DNA of 64,000 bases from Pseudomonas aeruginosa PAO1 (GCF_000006765.1 NC_002516.2), one strand, 5' to 3'. Positions 1 to 9,110 are shown, counted from the first letter of the stretch. A program made the numbers and translations. Notes: generated by a model from the sequence alone, not told the origin.

Positions 1-1940
1 ACGTGAAGTACTACGAGGAAAAGGCCAAGGGCGGCATCGGCCTGGCCATCTGTGGCGGCTCCTCGGTGGTCGCCATCGACAGCCCGCAGCAGTGGTGGAG
101 TTCGGTGAACCTGTCCACCGACCGGATCATCCCGCACTTCCAGAACCTGGCGGACGCCATGCACAAGCACGGCGCCAAGATCATGATCCAGATTACCCAC
201 ATGGGGCGCCGTTCGCGCTGGGACGGCTACCACTGGCCGACCCTGATGTCGCCGTCGGGTATCCGCGAGCCGGTGCATCGCGCCACCTGCAAGACCATCG
301 AGGTGGAGGAGATCTGGCGGGTCATCGGCAACTACGCGCAGGCCGCCCGCCGCGCCAAGGAAGGCGGCCTGGACGGCGTCGAGCTGTCCGCCGTGCACCA
401 GCACATGATCGACCAGTTCTGGAGCCCACGGGTCAACAAGCGCACCGACGAGTGGGGTGGCAGCTTCGAGGGGCGCATGAAGTTCGGCCTCGAGGTGCTC
501 AAGGCGGTGCGCGCCGAGGTCGGCGAGGACTTCTGCGTCGGCATGCGCATCTGCGGTGACGAGTTCCACCCGGACGGCCTGTCCCACGAGGACATGAAGC
601 AGATCGCCAAGTACTACAGCGATACCGGCATGCTCGACTTCATCGGCGTGGTCGGCTCCGGCTGCGATACCCACAACACCCTGGCCAACGTCATCCCCAA
701 CATGACCTTCCCGCCGGAGCCGTTCCTGCACCTGGCGGCCGGCATCAAGGAAGTGGTCGACGTGCCGGTGCTGCACGCGCAGAACATCAAGGACCCGAAC
801 CAGGCTACGCGGATCCTCGAAGGCGGCTACGTGGACATGGTCGGCATGACTCGCGCGCACATCGCCGACCCGCACCTGATCGCTAAGATCAAGATGGGCC
901 AGGTCGACCAGATCAAGCAGTGCGTCGGCGCCAACTACTGCATCGACCGCCAGTACCAGGGCCTGGACGTGCTGTGCATCCAGAACGCCGCGACCTCCCG
1001 CGAATACATGGGCGTGCCGCACATCATCGAGAAGTCCGCCGGACCGAAGCGCAAGGTGGTGGTGGTCGGCGGCGGGCCGGCCGGGATGGAAGCGGCCCGC
1101 GTGGCGGCCGAGCGCGGCCACGACGTGACCCTGTTCGAGAAGAAGGAGCAGCTCGGCGGCCAGATCACCACCGCCGCCAAGGCGCCGCAACGCGACCAGA
1201 TCGCCGGCATCACCCGTTGGTACCAGCTGGAGCTGGCGCGCCTGGGCATCGACCTGCGCCTGGGCACCGCGGCCGACCCCGAGACCATCCTCGACCTGCG
1301 CCCGGACGTGGTGGTGCTGGCCAACGGCGGACATCCGTTCCTCGAGCAGAACGAACACTGGGGCGCCGCCGAAGGCCTGGTGGTGAGCAGCTGGGACGTG
1401 CTCGACGGCACGGTCGAGCCAGGCAAGAACGTGCTGGTCTACGACACCATCTGCGAGTTCAGCGGCATGTCGGTGGCGGACTTCCTCGCCGACAAGGGCG
1501 CCCAGGTGGAGATCGTCACCGACGACATCAAGCCGGGCGTGGCCATCGGCGGCACCACCTTCCCCACCTACTACCGCAGCATGTATCCCAAGGAAGTGAT
1601 CATGACCGGCGACCTCATGCTGGAGAAGGTCTACCGCGAGGGCGACAAGCTGGTGGCGGTGCTGGAGAACGAATACACCGGCGCGCGGGAAGAGCGGGTG
1701 GTCGACCAGGTGGTGGTGGAAAACGGCGTGCGCCCCGACGAGAGCCTCTACTACGCGCTCAAGCAGGGCTCGCGGAACAAGGGCCAGATCGACGTCGAGG
1801 CGCTGTTCGCGATCCAGCCGCAGCCCTGCCTCAGCCAGCCCGGAGAAGGCTACCTGCTGTTCCGCATCGGCGACTGCGTGGCCCAGCGCAACACCCATGC
1901 GGCGATCTATGACGCGCTGCGCTTGTGCAAGGATTTCTAA
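1..1940 (+). CDS. dgcA: Dimethylglycine demethylation flavoprotein DgcA (Old Yellow Enzyme / 2,4-dienoyl-CoA reductase-like); 5' end truncated by the window
   Basis: OYE TIM-barrel motifs (QITHMGRR, DGVEL..HQH.IDQFWSP..NKRTDEWGGS), Cys cluster CVGANYC, FAD motif VVVVGGGPAG; directly upstream of dgcB. Confidence 0.92.
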   Translation, partial: VKYYEEKAKGGIGLAICGGSSVVAIDSPQQWWSSVNLSTDRIIPHFQNLADAMHKHGAKIMIQITHMGRRSRWDGYHWPTLMSPSGIREPVHRATCKTIEVEEIWRVIGNYAQAARRAKEGGLDGVELSAVHQHMIDQFWSPRVNKRTDEWGGSFEGRMKFGLEVLKAVRAEVGEDFCVGMRICGDEFHPDGLSHEDMKQIAKYYSDTGMLDFIGVVGSGCDTHNTLANVIPNMTFPPEPFLHLAAGIKEVVDVPVLHAQNIKDPNQATRILEGGYVDMVGMTRAHIADPHLIAKIKMGQVDQIKQCVGANYCIDRQYQGLDVLCIQNAATSREYMGVPHIIEKSAGPKRKVVVVGGGPAGMEAARVAAERGHDVTLFEKKEQLGGQITTAAKAPQRDQIAGITRWYQLELARLGIDLRLGTAADPETILDLRPDVVVLANGGHPFLEQNEHWGAAEGLVVSSWDVLDGTVEPGKNVLVYDTICEFSGMSVADFLADKGAQVEIVTDDIKPGVAIGGTTFPTYYRSMYPKEVIMTGDLMLEKVYREGDKLVAVLENEYTGAREERVVDQVVVENGVRPDESLYYALKQGSRNKGQIDVEALFAIQPQPCLSQPGEGYLLFRIGDCVAQRNTHAAIYDALRLCKDF

Positions 1941-1975
1941 GACACGCCTCGTGGCATCCGACCGGCACGGCCGCT

Positions 1976-2003
1976 CCCCCTCTCCCGCAAGCGGGAGAGG
2001 GGG
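1976..2003. repeat. REP-like palindrome CCCCCTCTCCCGC-AA-GCGGGAGAGGGGG
   Basis: Perfect 13-bp inverted repeat between dgcA and dgcB. Confidence 0.8.
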
Positions 2004-2043
2004 CCGATCCAGCGCCGCCTGACGTCCCGCAGGGAGACCAGAA

Positions 2044-4005
2044 ATGCTCGACACCCTCCTTCCCGTCCTGCTCTTCGCCGCCCTGGCACTTGCCGTGCTC
2101 GGCGCCGCGAAGCGCTTCCTCATGTGGCGCCGCGGCCGACCCGCCAAGGTCGACTGGATCGGCGGCCTCTTGCAGATGCCGCGTCGCTACCTGGTGGACC
2201 TGCACCATGTGGTAGAGCGCGACAGGTACATGTCCAGGACCCACGTCGCCACCGCCGGCGGCTTCGTCCTGGCGGCGCTGCTGGCGATCCTGGTACACGG
2301 TTTCGGGCTGCACGGCCGGATCCTCGGCTTCGCCCTGCTGGCGGCCACGGCGCTGATGTTCGTCGGCGCGCTGTTCGTCGCCCGCCGCCGCCTCGACCCA
2401 CCGTCGCGGCTGTCGAAGGGCCCCTGGATGCGCCTGCCGAAGAGCCTGCTGGCGTTCGCCGCGAGCTTCTTCCTCGCCACCCTGCCGGTGGCCGGCATCC
2501 TGCCGGAAGGCTTCGGCGGCTGGTTCCTCGCCGGCCTCCTCGCCATTGGCGTGGCCTGGGGCGTGTCCGAGCTGTTCCTCGGCATGACCTGGGGCGGGCC
2601 GATGAAGCATGCCTTCGCCGGTGCCCTGCACCTGGCCTGGCACCGCCGCGCCGAACGCTTCGGCGGCGGCCGCTCCACCGGCCTCAAGGCGCTCGACCTG
2701 GCCGATCCGCAGGCGCCGCTGGGCGTGGAAAAACCCAGCGACTTCACCTGGAACCAGTTGCTCGGGTTCGACGCCTGCGTGCAGTGCGGCAAGTGCGAGG
2801 CGATGTGCCCGGCGTTCGCCGCCGGCCAGCCGCTGAACCCGAAGAAGCTGATCCAGGACATGGTCATCGGCCTGGCCGGAGGCAACGACGCGAAGTTCGC
2901 CGGCAGCCCCTATCCAGGCAAACCGCTGGGCGAGCACGGCGGCGGCCCGCACCAGCCGATCGTCGCGCTGGATGGCAAGGCCCTGGTCGACGCCGACACC
3001 CTGTGGTCCTGCACCACCTGCCGGGCCTGCGTCGAGGAGTGCCCGATGATGATCGAGCACGTCGACGCCATCGTCGACATGCGCCGCCACCTGACCCTGG
3101 AGAAAGGCGCCACGCCGAACAAGGGCGCCGAGGTGCTGGACAACCTGATCGCCACCGACAATCCCGGCGGTTTCGCCCCCGGCGGCCGGTTGAACTGGGC
3201 GGCCGACCTGAACCTGCCGCTAATGAGCGAGAAGAAGAGCGCCGACGTGCTGTTCTGGGTCGGCGATGGCGCCTTCGACATGCGCAACCAGCGCACCCTG
3301 CGCGCCTTCGTGAAGATCCTCAAGGCAGCCGCGGTGGACTTCGCCGTGCTCGGCCTGGAGGAGCGCGACAGCGGCGACGTGGCGCGCCGGCTGGGCGACG
3401 AGGCGACCTTCCAGAACCTGGCCAGGCGCAATATCGCGACCCTGGCGAAATACCGCTTCACCCGCATCGTCAGCTGCGACCCGCACAGCTTCCATGTGCT
3501 GAAGAACGAATACGGCGCCCTCGGCGGCGACTACCAGGTACTGCACCACAGCACCTTCATCGACGAACTGCTGCGCGCCGGCACGCTGCAACCGGGCCGC
3601 AGCAAGGCCGGCAGCGTCACCTACCACGACCCCTGCTACCTGGGCCGCTACAACGGCGAGTACGAGGCGCCGCGCAACGTGCTGCGCGCACTCGGCATCG
3701 AGGTCAAGGAAATGCAACGCTCCGGCTTCCGCTCGCGCTGTTGCGGCGGCGGTGGCGGCGCGCCGATCACCGACATCCCCGGCAAGCAACGGATTCCCGA
3801 CATGCGCATGGCCGACATCCGCGAGACCGGCGCCGAGCTGGTGGCCGTCGGCTGCCCGCAGTGCACCGCGATGCTCGAAGGCGTAGTGGCGCCGCGGCCG
3901 GAGATCAAGGACATCGCCGAGCTGGTAGCGGAAGCGCTGATAGAACAGGCGGAAGCGCCGGCAAAAAAGCCGTTGCGGCGTGAAGCCGTGGCGGAGGTGC
4001 ATTGA
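2044..4005 (+). CDS. dgcB: Dimethylglycine demethylation membrane Fe-S protein DgcB
   Basis: N-terminal TM helices, two 4Fe-4S motifs (CVQCGKCEAMC, CTTCRACVEEC), CCG domains (YHDPCYLGR, CCGGGGG); SD GGAGA. Confidence 0.92.
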   Translation: MLDTLLPVLLFAALALAVLGAAKRFLMWRRGRPAKVDWIGGLLQMPRRYLVDLHHVVERDRYMSRTHVATAGGFVLAALLAILVHGFGLHGRILGFALLAATALMFVGALFVARRRLDPPSRLSKGPWMRLPKSLLAFAASFFLATLPVAGILPEGFGGWFLAGLLAIGVAWGVSELFLGMTWGGPMKHAFAGALHLAWHRRAERFGGGRSTGLKALDLADPQAPLGVEKPSDFTWNQLLGFDACVQCGKCEAMCPAFAAGQPLNPKKLIQDMVIGLAGGNDAKFAGSPYPGKPLGEHGGGPHQPIVALDGKALVDADTLWSCTTCRACVEECPMMIEHVDAIVDMRRHLTLEKGATPNKGAEVLDNLIATDNPGGFAPGGRLNWAADLNLPLMSEKKSADVLFWVGDGAFDMRNQRTLRAFVKILKAAAVDFAVLGLEERDSGDVARRLGDEATFQNLARRNIATLAKYRFTRIVSCDPHSFHVLKNEYGALGGDYQVLHHSTFIDELLRAGTLQPGRSKAGSVTYHDPCYLGRYNGEYEAPRNVLRALGIEVKEMQRSGFRSRCCGGGGGAPITDIPGKQRIPDMRMADIRETGAELVAVGCPQCTAMLEGVVAPRPEIKDIAELVAEALIEQAEAPAKKPLRREAVAEVH

Positions 4006-4060
4006 TGAGAGTGTCGAGCTTCACATCGAACCCGCTGCTGACCGGGGCAGCACGGATAGC

Positions 4061-4085
4061 GGCCTCTCCCTCCAGGGAGGGGGCC
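4061..4085. repeat. REP-like palindrome
   Basis: GGCCTCTCCCT-CC-AGGGAGGGGGCC, imperfect inverted repeat of the same family. Confidence 0.6.
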
Positions 4086-4123
4086 GCAGGATCGGGTAGC
4101 CGCAGCCACAGGAAGCATTCCGC

Positions 4124-5356
4124 ATGAACGATATCGTCCGTCGCGATCCACGCGCCGAATGGATCGCCCGCAACCGCCTGCATCCGCTGCATGCGGCCAT
4201 GCAGTCCGCCCAAGGCGGCGAGGTGCGCTGGATGGGCCCCCACGGCGTGATCCGCAAGAACCCGCACGCCGTCGGCTTCCTCGGCCCCAACGGCATCCGC
4301 CGCATCGATCGCTCCGGCGGCCAGCAGGGCAGCGGCGCGCGCCGCGCCAGCGTAGCGCAGGAAGCGCAGTTGCCGCTGCATGTGGTCGAGCAACCGGCAT
4401 TCCTCGTCGCGGTGGTCCCGGACATGGTCGGCGGCCGTCTCTCCAGCCACGACAAGGACCTCCTCGGACTGGCCCGCAAGCTCGCCGGCAACGACGGCGC
4501 GGTGCTCGCCGTGGTGTTCGGCGAACACAAGGAAAGCGCCTTCGACAGCGCCGGCGTCGACCGCCTGCTGCACCTCTCCGGCGGCGAGTACGACGGCTAC
4601 GCGCCCGAGCAGCGAATACTCGCCCTGCGCAACCTGGAGAACCAGCTCGCCCCGCGCCACTGGCTGTTCCCGGACAGTCGCAACGGCGGCGGCGAACTGG
4701 GCCGGCGCCTGGCCGCCGCGCTCGGCGAGCGGCCGGCCGGTCGCGTCTGGCAGGTCGAGGACGGCCGCTGCATCGGCCGCGCCGGCGCCGGCCGCGAGGA
4801 CATCCAGCGCGCCCTGCCGCGCCTGCTGCTGGCCGCGGCGGAATGCGCCGAGCCGGTCAGCGAGACCCGCCATGAGGTTCGCGAACTGCACATGGCCGAG
4901 CAGGTGGCGCGCAACCTGCCACGCATCGAGGACCTCGGCCCGGTGGCCGTGGACCCGGCGCGGATTCCCATGGCCGAGGCCGAATTCATTCTCTCCGGCG
5001 GCAACGGCGTGCAGGACTGGACGCTGTTCCACCAGGCCGCCGCCGTCCTCGGCGCCACCGAGGGCGCCTCGCGGGTGGCGGTGGACGACGGGCACATGCC
5101 GCGCAACCGCCAGGTCGGCGCCACCGGTACCTGGGTCACCGCGCGGGTCTACCTGGCGGTGGGCATCTCCGGGGCGATCCAGCACCTGCAGGGCATAGGC
5201 GCCTGCGACAAGGTGGTGGCGGTGAACCGCGACGCCGGCTGCGACATGATCAAGCGCGCCGATCTCTCGGTGATCGGCGACTCGACGGAAATCCTCCGCG
5301 CGCTGATCCGCCTGGCCGAGGCACACCGCAACGGCGCCGCCCGCGATGCGGCCTGA
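4124..5356 (+). CDS. Electron transfer flavoprotein alpha subunit (with N-terminal extension)
   Basis: C-terminal FAD domain motifs GASRVAVD, RQVGATG, YLAVGISGAIQHLQG, VAVNRD. Confidence 0.9.
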   Translation: MNDIVRRDPRAEWIARNRLHPLHAAMQSAQGGEVRWMGPHGVIRKNPHAVGFLGPNGIRRIDRSGGQQGSGARRASVAQEAQLPLHVVEQPAFLVAVVPDMVGGRLSSHDKDLLGLARKLAGNDGAVLAVVFGEHKESAFDSAGVDRLLHLSGGEYDGYAPEQRILALRNLENQLAPRHWLFPDSRNGGGELGRRLAAALGERPAGRVWQVEDGRCIGRAGAGREDIQRALPRLLLAAAECAEPVSETRHEVRELHMAEQVARNLPRIEDLGPVAVDPARIPMAEAEFILSGGNGVQDWTLFHQAAAVLGATEGASRVAVDDGHMPRNRQVGATGTWVTARVYLAVGISGAIQHLQGIGACDKVVAVNRDAGCDMIKRADLSVIGDSTEILRALIRLAEAHRNGAARDAA

Positions 5357-5391
5357 ACCCGCTTCCACGTACCTTTCATCGGTATCGAACC

Positions 5392-6165
5392 ATGACTGAG
5401 CTGAACATCGTCGCGCTGGTCTCCATCGGCGCCCATCCCGCCTCCGGACGCCCGCGCCGTGCCGAACAGGACGCCCGCGCGGTGGAACTCGGCCTGTGTC
5501 TGAGCGGCCCACGCCTACAGGTGCTGCACGCCGGCGACCCGCACGCCGAGGCGCTGCGCGGCTATCTCGGCATGGGCCTGGAACGCTTGTCCGTGCTGGA
5601 ACAGCCGGCCGGCGCCGACGCCCTGCCCGCACTGGCCGAGCACCTGCGCGACTCCCGCGCGCAACTGGTGCTCACCGGCAGCCAGGCGGAAACCGGGGAA
5701 GGCTCCGGGATGCTGCCCTTCCTCCTCGCCGAGCGCCTGGGCTGGCCACTGGTGGTCGGCCTGGCCGAGGTCGAGAAGGTCGAAGACGGCAGCGCTCAGG
5801 TCCTCCAGGCTCTGCCTCGCGGCCAGCGACGCCGACTGCGGGTACGCCTGCCGTTCGTCGCCAGCGTCGACAATGCCGCGCCGGTGGCCCGGCAGAGCGC
5901 CTTCGGCCCGGCTAGGCGTGGCGAGATCGAGGCCCATGAGGTGGAGGTGGTCGACGACCCGCTGCTCGCCGAAGACAGCCTGCAACCGGCCCGGCCGCGA
6001 CCGAAGCGGCTCAAGGTAATCAAGGCGAAGACCGGCGCCGAGCGAATGAAAGCCGCCACCGCCAAGGCCTCCGGCGGTACCGGGCAGGTACTCAAGGATC
6101 TTTCGGCGGAAGCCGGCGCCGAAGCCATCTTCAAGCTCCTGCGCGAGGAAGGCGTGATCCGCTGA
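5392..6165 (+). CDS. Electron transfer flavoprotein beta subunit-like protein
   Basis: LVLTGSQA..GEGSGMLP..LAERLGWP motif; follows the ETF alpha gene. Confidence 0.85.
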   Translation: MTELNIVALVSIGAHPASGRPRRAEQDARAVELGLCLSGPRLQVLHAGDPHAEALRGYLGMGLERLSVLEQPAGADALPALAEHLRDSRAQLVLTGSQAETGEGSGMLPFLLAERLGWPLVVGLAEVEKVEDGSAQVLQALPRGQRRRLRVRLPFVASVDNAAPVARQSAFGPARRGEIEAHEVEVVDDPLLAEDSLQPARPRPKRLKVIKAKTGAERMKAATAKASGGTGQVLKDLSAEAGAEAIFKLLREEGVIR

Positions 6166-6213
6166 AGCGGGTCAGAACGCACTGTGCGCCAGATCACAAG
6201 TTATGACGTGGTG

Positions 6214-6244
6214 ACGATAAATTATTGTACTACGATAATTTATT
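6214..6244. promoter_or_regulatory. Putative operator of the DUF2975/HTH operon
   Basis: 13-bp direct repeat ACGATAA(A/T)TTATT at 6214 and 6232, overlapping the dyad AATTAT..ATAATT (6220-6240); AT-rich island in GC-rich DNA. Confidence 0.55.
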
Positions 6245-6289
6245 CCCTAGTTTCGCCATCCAGACGCGAAACACACAGGGGAACCCGGC

Positions 6290-6859
6290 ATGGCGCTGTC
6301 CACGCATCTCAGCAACCACAAGCTCTATCTGCTCGGCATGCTCTGCGCCATCCTGGCCTGGGGCATGGCCTGCATCGAACTCGGAGCGAACACCCACCTC
6401 TGGTTCTCCGGCCTCAGCGAGCAGGGCTACCTGCAGGCCTGGAGCGATGAAATGCCGCGCCTGGCCAGCGACGGCTTCGTCCTGTCCTGGAGCAGCCGGG
6501 CGCTGCTGATGCTGCTGGACTACCTGCCGACCCTGCTTTCCGCGTTCGGCCTGGCGCTCACCGGCCTGTTCTTCCGCCGCCTGGCCAAGGGCGAACGCTG
6601 GTCGCAGCGCAACGCCAGGACCCTGGTGCACATCGGCCTGCTGTCCTTCCTGGCACTCTTGCTCCAGCCATTTATCAATACGCTGCAAGGTCTTGTACTA
6701 TCTCTCGACCTGCCCGACGGCGAGCGTGTCCTGAGCGTTTCGATAGGACTCACTTCCGAAGCGGCCTACGAGTTTCTCAAGGCGATCTTTCTCTGCTCGT
6801 TCGGCCTGATGATGAGCGAAGCCAGGAAACTGGACGAAGAAGTAAGAGCCTTCATATGA
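6290..6859 (+). CDS. DUF2975-family membrane protein
   Basis: Several hydrophobic helices; C-terminal 'MMSEARKLDEEVRAFI' resembles the DUF2975 tail; paired with a Cro/C1 HTH gene. Confidence 0.75.
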   Translation: MALSTHLSNHKLYLLGMLCAILAWGMACIELGANTHLWFSGLSEQGYLQAWSDEMPRLASDGFVLSWSSRALLMLLDYLPTLLSAFGLALTGLFFRRLAKGERWSQRNARTLVHIGLLSFLALLLQPFINTLQGLVLSLDLPDGERVLSVSIGLTSEAAYEFLKAIFLCSFGLMMSEARKLDEEVRAFI

Positions 6860-6866
6860 CGACCTC

Positions 6867-7073
6867 ATGATCATCATCCGACTAGACGTCATCCTGGCGA
6901 AGAACAAGGTCCGCTCCAAGGAGCTGGCGGAAGCCATCGGTATCACCGAACAGAACCTGTCCCTGCTGAAGAACGGCAAGGTCAAGGGCATCCGCCTCGA
7001 CACCCTGGAGAAGATCTGCGCCTTCCTGGACTGCCAGCCGGGCGACATCCTGGAATACGTCGCGGACGACTGA
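6867..7073 (+). CDS. Cro/C1 (YozG-like) HTH transcriptional regulator
   Basis: IIIRLDVILAK..ELAEAIGITEQNLSLLKNGKVKGIRLDTLEKIC..LDCQPGDILEY signature. Confidence 0.9.
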   Translation: MIIIRLDVILAKNKVRSKELAEAIGITEQNLSLLKNGKVKGIRLDTLEKICAFLDCQPGDILEYVADD

Positions 7074-7104
7074 TCCCCGCTCCACCCTTTCCCAACCAGA
7101 AACC

Positions 7105-7509
7105 ATGAACAGACACCTGAACCTCTCGGGCGTTGCGCTCGCGCTCGCCCTGATCTCGGGCTGCGGCCCCTCCGTCCGCTACCAGTACGTGATGCCGCCG
7201 AGCGAAGCGGGACGCACCTGCGTCGCCCAGTGCCGCACGCAACAGAGCCAGTGCGAAAGCCTCGCGCGCCTGGAATGGCAGAACGAAAACCGCCTGCGCG
7301 AAGCGGAACGGCGCAGCTACCACTATTGCAGCCAGGGCAAGAGCAAGAAGCAGGCGCGCAAGGAATGCCTGGCGCCAGGCTATTCCTCCTCGTTCGGCTA
7401 CAACGGCTTCGGCGGCTCCGGCAACTTCAACTGCAGTTCCGACTACGACCGCTGCTTCACCGACATCTGCGGCGGCACCATCCGCCGCATCGTCGAGCAA
7501 CCTCAATGA
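7105..7509 (+). CDS. Cys-rich lipoprotein, unknown function
   Basis: Signal peptide with lipobox LISG-C; 8 further cysteines. Confidence 0.75.
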   Translation: MNRHLNLSGVALALALISGCGPSVRYQYVMPPSEAGRTCVAQCRTQQSQCESLARLEWQNENRLREAERRSYHYCSQGKSKKQARKECLAPGYSSSFGYNGFGGSGNFNCSSDYDRCFTDICGGTIRRIVEQPQ

Positions 7510-7522
7510 TCGGAGTATCCCC

Positions 7523-7756
7523 ATGAGCCGACGCCTCTTCCCTCTCCTGCCGTTCCTGTTCCTGGTCGGCTGCGCCCAGGGCTATCCCTCCTTCTCCGGC
7601 ATCCTTCCGGACGTCCGCGTCAGCGGCGACGAACGCAGCTACGCCGAGCGTGCCGAAGACTGCCTGAAACGGCGCAACTGCCCGCCGGCCACCGATCGCG
7701 ATCCCTTCGTCGCCGACCCCGGGCACTACTCGCTGGGCGGCAGCTTTCACTGGTGA
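7523..7756 (+). CDS. Small lipoprotein, unknown function
   Basis: Lipobox LVG-C after a hydrophobic signal; SD-like GGAG upstream. Confidence 0.65.
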   Translation: MSRRLFPLLPFLFLVGCAQGYPSFSGILPDVRVSGDERSYAERAEDCLKRRNCPPATDRDPFVADPGHYSLGGSFHW

Positions 7757-7763
7757 AGCCGGG

Positions 7764-7816
7764 TGCCGAAGCCTGGCAACCGACCACGGACCTGGCTTCG
7801 GCAGGCGCTTTTCTTT
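7764..7816 (+). terminator. Possible intrinsic terminator after the lipoprotein pair
   Basis: TGCCGAAGCC (7764-7773) / GGCTTCGGCA (7794-7803), followed by GCTTTTCTTT. Confidence 0.4.
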
Positions 7817-7851
7817 ATCCTGCGCGCCCTTTGAACGACTGGGACGAGATC

Positions 7852-8085
7852 ATGCTGGAGAACACCCTGGAACGCCTGGAAACCCTGGTAGCCGAGCTGC
7901 TGCAACAGAACCAGGCCCTGCGCGACAGCCACGACCAGCTTCAGCAGCAGCTGCGCCAGGCCACCGAGGAAAACGAAACCCTGCAACTCTCCATGCTCGA
8001 GCAGGAAGAAAAGCAGAGCGGCACCCAGGCCCGCCTGGAAGCCCTGGTCGAGCGCCTCAGCGCGCAGCAACCGGTTAGCGCATGA
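7852..8085 (+). CDS. ZapB-like coiled-coil protein (alternative GTG start at 7753)
   Basis: 77 aa heptad-rich 'LERLETLVAELLQQNQALR..' as in ZapB/DUF904; ATGA-coupled to a ZapA-like gene. Confidence 0.7.
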   Translation: MLENTLERLETLVAELLQQNQALRDSHDQLQQQLRQATEENETLQLSMLEQEEKQSGTQARLEALVERLSAQQPVSA

Positions 8086-8372
8086 GCCGCGACGGCGTCC
8101 AGGTCCTGTCGATCCTCGGCCGGGACTATTCGATCCGCGTGCCGGCCGGCGAGGAGAGGGCCCTAGCGGACGCCGCCGCGTTGCTGCAAGCGGAAGTGGA
8201 CGCCAACAAGCGCAAGTTTCCCTACGTCACCAGCAACGAGCTGGTGGTGCTCTCCGCGCTCAATCTCTGCGCCCGCCAGCTCGGCGCGAACGACGGCGAG
8301 TCGCCGCGCCTGCGAGCGGTGGAGCAGCGCCTGGAAGCGCTGGTCGAGCGGATCGCCGGGGCATCCGGCTAG
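8082..8372 (+). CDS. ZapA-like cell division protein (ZapAL/PA5407-like)
   Basis: 'LSILGRDYSIRVP.GEE..L..AA..L...V...K.K....S...L.VL.ALN' ZapA signature. Confidence 0.85.
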   Translation: MSRDGVQVLSILGRDYSIRVPAGEERALADAAALLQAEVDANKRKFPYVTSNELVVLSALNLCARQLGANDGESPRLRAVEQRLEALVERIAGASG

Positions 8373-8545
8373 TCGCGCGCCTGCGGACTCGCCCAATACA
8401 GCTGCCGATGCCCGCGCGCCTGGTAGTCCTTGACCAGCGCGCAGGCCTCGTCGCGCGTCAGGTCGCGGCGCATGACGAAGGCATTGCCGTTGTCGTCCTG
8501 GCGCCACAGGCACCAGCGCGTTTCCTCCGCCGGCTTCGCCGCCAC
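8369..8545 (-). CDS. Small conserved hypothetical protein, 58 aa (absent from the ORF track)
   Basis: Manual translation from GTG 8545: MAAKPAEETRWCLWRQDDNGNAFVMRRDLTRDEACALVKDYQARGHRQLYWASPQARD*; starts 4 nt after the HdeD-family stop. Confidence 0.7.
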   Translation of the reverse strand: MAAKPAEETRWCLWRQDDNGNAFVMRRDLTRDEACALVKDYQARGHRQLYWASPQARD

Positions 8546-8549
8546 CGCG

Positions 8550-9110
8550 TCAGGCCTTCAGGGTCGAAGTCTTGCGCAAGCGCAGCGCGAGCATGACCAG
8601 CAACACGCCGAAGAACACCGCGTAGGCGCCGATCACCCAGACCACCGCCAGCGCCCCGGCGCCGGGGTTGGCGATCATCAGCACGCCGAACAGCACCGAG
8701 ATGGCACCAGAGAGGATCATCCACCATTCGTTCTGGATCGACTTGCGCAGGCGGATCGCCGCGACGATCTGGAAGATGCCCATCGCCAGTGCCCAGCCGG
8801 CGATGATCAGGAGCAGGCCGATGGCGGTCAGTTGCGGCCAGAAGAACGCAACCAGGCCGGCCGCCACGCCGATCACCCCGACCAGCGCCAGCGGCCAGTT
8901 GAACTGCCCATCGCTGCGCATGTTGAACGCGGCGATCAGGGCGAACGCTCCGTCCACCAGCGCGTAGGCACCCCAGAACAGCACCAGCACGGTCAGCGCC
9001 AGGGCCGGCGAGAGCAGGGTCAGGACGCCGAACACCAGCGCCGCCACGCCGCGCAGGGCCACCAGTTTCCAGTGCTTGCCCAGTTCGGCCCACAGGGGAT
9101 TGTTTTCCAC
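8550..9110 (-). CDS. HdeD-family (DUF308) acid-resistance membrane protein
   Basis: 'WKLVALRGVAALVFGVL..WP.LT...L...FWGAYALVDG' pattern, about 6 TM helices. Confidence 0.85.
   Translation of the reverse strand: MENNPLWAELGKHWKLVALRGVAALVFGVLTLLSPALALTVLVLFWGAYALVDGAFALIAAFNMRSDGQFNWPLALVGVIGVAAGLVAFFWPQLTAIGLLLIIAGWALAMGIFQIVAAIRLRKSIQNEWWMILSGAISVLFGVLMIANPGAGALAVVWVIGAYAVFFGVLLVMLALRLRKTSTLKA

Noticed and set aside
5361-5370. parS-like TTCCACGT
   Set aside because: Only a partial match; the 16-bp parS palindrome is absent
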